A stretch of 36,732 nt of DNA. Source: a virus. Position numbers and translations under genes: made by a program. Shown here in pieces: positions 35,255 to 36,732 of this stretch; position 1 is the stretch's first letter, and each line of letters begins with the position of its first letter. The notes below the pieces were generated by a model. It worked only from the letters and a program-made list of their open reading frames with translations, was not told the DNA's origin and searched no databases. The DNA is taken from positions 64,758-101,489 of IMG/VR virus record IMGVR_UViG_3300031920_000373. One strand, written 5' to 3'.

Positions 35255-36732
35255 TTAACACCCCACCTTTCTTCTTTTTAATGTGGTTAATTTTCTTGCC
35301 ACAAGATATCTCAAGGAATCCATGCAGTGGTCTTCTAAATCAGTATTTGACACAAGACCTCCATTTGCATAGTACATCCCTGCTTGTTCCGTTGTCAAAT
35401 TATATACTGCTTTTTCTTTTTCGGAGGTCCCATCCACACTTGTAACTACAAGTTGCCGAATCTTGTGGTCGTCCTCTAAAGATTTTTTTACATATTGGAC
35501 ATTCTCTTTTAATTTTTTTGGATTCTTCTCTGCATTCAATTGAGCAATATTTCTGTGAGGAACTTGCTGGAGTAAAATCATTACAACAATAAAGGCACGT
35601 GTATTTTCGTTTAAGTGTTTTTTTAACACACTTTTCCATATTAATTCTAAGCTGTTCTTTACCTTTATCAGATTTTCTCCATCGTTTAAGTGTGTCGTGC
35701 AAATCCCCACCTTCTTTAAGTCTTTCTTGCATATGGAATCTTGCGTGATCGCTGCCATGAAGGAGTTCAAGATTTTTACGACTGCAATCATATTTAATTC
35801 TGTTTTTGTGGTGTAATTCATAATCTTTAGGAATTGGTCCAATATAATATTCCCATTTAACTCTGTGCAATAATGTCTCCCCATCAAAAATTTCACTATG
35901 ACCTGGACTGCATTCAAAATATCCTTCATCGACACTAATGAATTTGATTTCTTGGAAATATGTAATGAGTCTTGACATAAAACATCTCCTTCTTTTAATT
36001 CACATAAAGGAACAAGTCCTTTGGAATTTATAAATATCTTGTGATTGTGCTTTCCTTCTAATTGCAAATTGTTTGATAATGTTACACAATAAGTTCTAAC
36101 TTTTCCTGAAATTCCAGACTTAATGACTTTTCTTAAACCTATTGGTGTATGAACTAAATCACCAATTTTAATGTTTTCAATTAGAACCTGTCCTTTTTCA
36201 GTCTTTACAAAAGTGCCTGCAACAAAACAATCAATGTCCTCTGGCTTCTTTTTATCTCTCTGCATGATGGGCAATGTCCTTATATGGTGTTGGGCTTGCG
36301 GAAAGAAGTATAAATGAGGAGACTCCAATTCTTGTCTCTTTGCCGCACCCAACATTTGTCTTATAATTGACCATCCTGCTATCCTTGATCCTGATCCTTT
36401 ATATGCTTTGGTCCAATAACAACCATGTGATTCTAAATTGCTACCAATGGATGTTCCGTCCCTAACATCATAAATGGACGTATCAGCGGGACCAGGAACA
36501 CATCGAGTATTATATTCGGTCATCATATTATTGTCAATAGCTAATACACGGGCGGCGATTTGTTGTGAGGTTGCTTGGTCTCCCTCATTGATAGTTCCAT
36601 TCCATCCATATAATTCATTTGGAACAATTATTGATCCTCTGGGAATATAAGGAACTCTCATTCCACCTAGGTGATTGGGATTGGGTTGTTCTCCGTTTGC
36701 TTCAAATCCATATGTAACTGCCCATGGCTTAG
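35255..36732 (-). CDS. terL: Terminase large subunit, C-terminal nuclease part (5'-truncated, intein-containing)
   Basis: Frame open to the window edge (KPWAVTYG...); GPADTSI, KGSGSRIAGW, IRTLP..RD...PEDID|intein|TDLEDHCMDSLRY. Confidence 0.9.
   Translation of the reverse strand, partial: KPWAVTYGFEANGEQPNPNHLGGMRVPYIPRGSIIVPNELYGWNGTINEGDQATSQQIAARVLAIDNNMMTEYNTRCVPGPADTSIYDVRDGTSIGSNLESHGCYWTKAYKGSGSRIAGWSIIRQMLGAAKRQELESPHLYFFPQAQHHIRTLPIMQRDKKKPEDIDCFVAGTFVKTEKGQVLIENIKIGDLVHTPIGLRKVIKSGISGKVRTYCVTLSNNLQLEGKHNHKIFINSKGLVPLCELKEGDVLCQDSLHISKKSNSLVSMKDILNAVQVIVKFLMGRHYCTELNGNIILDQFLKIMNYTTKTELNMIAVVKILNSFMAAITQDSICKKDLKKVGICTTHLNDGENLIKVKNSLELIWKSVLKKHLNENTRAFIVVMILLQQVPHRNIAQLNAEKNPKKLKENVQYVKKSLEDDHKIRQLVVTSVDGTSEKEKAVYNLTTEQAGMYYANGGLVSNTDLEDHCMDSLRYLVARKLTTLKRRKVGC
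35345..36229 (-). mobile_element. Intein (295 aa) in TerL
   Basis: Block A CFVAGTFVKT...IENIKIGDLV; block B region HNHKIF; block F VYNLTT; terminal VSN with +1 Thr; removal restores PEDIDTDLEDH. Confidence 0.92.
35400..35978 (-). CDS. HNH endonuclease with C-terminal Zn fingers, nested out of frame inside the intein
   Basis: LHRVKWEYYIGPIPKDYELHHKN...NLELL...H...H; CLYC..KYCSIEC and CPIC..TCSYKC; AAGGAG 7 nt before ATG. Confidence 0.88.
   Translation of the reverse strand: MSRLITYFQEIKFISVDEGYFECSPGHSEIFDGETLLHRVKWEYYIGPIPKDYELHHKNRIKYDCSRKNLELLHGSDHARFHMQERLKEGGDLHDTLKRWRKSDKGKEQLRINMEKCVKKTLKRKYTCLYCCNDFTPASSSQKYCSIECREESKKIKRECPICKKIFRGRPQDSATCSYKCGWDLRKRKSSI

Noticed and set aside
1-36732. 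CRISPR array, tRNA genes or alternative genetic code
   Set aside because: No repeat-spacer pattern or cloverleaf noticed by eye; genes tile densely under the standard code with all three stop codons used.

Overview
A 36.7-kb segment of a tailed dsDNA phage with a long non-contractile tail. The ThyA subtype and one Arg-rich peptide suggest a Desulfobacterota-like host (inference from recall). The + strand (1-4861) carries early/nucleotide genes: MazG-like pyrophosphatase, P-loop dNMP kinase, thymidylate synthase flanked by one dead and one intact HNH endonuclease, and a J-domain protein. These converge at a long hairpin on a - strand late operon, read from the right end: terminase large subunit (5'-truncated, intein-containing), portal, HNH-AP2, scaffold, P22-type coat, head-tail connectors, tail tube, tail chaperone with a -1 frameshift, 1646-aa tape measure, tail-tip/fibre genes and a lysis cassette. 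Main observations: (1) the terminase intein holds its HNH endonuclease as a fully nested gene in a different reading frame, with its own Shine-Dalgarno and stop built from intein motif codons; (2) the lysis cassette contains a stand-alone PAS protein and an unannotated 33-aa [D/E]RR-repeat peptide resembling c-di-GMP-binding motifs; (3) a ~165-nt three-hairpin RNA candidate; (4) an HNH insertion that replaced the 3' end of thyA. All family calls come from motif recognition by eye; no searches were run.
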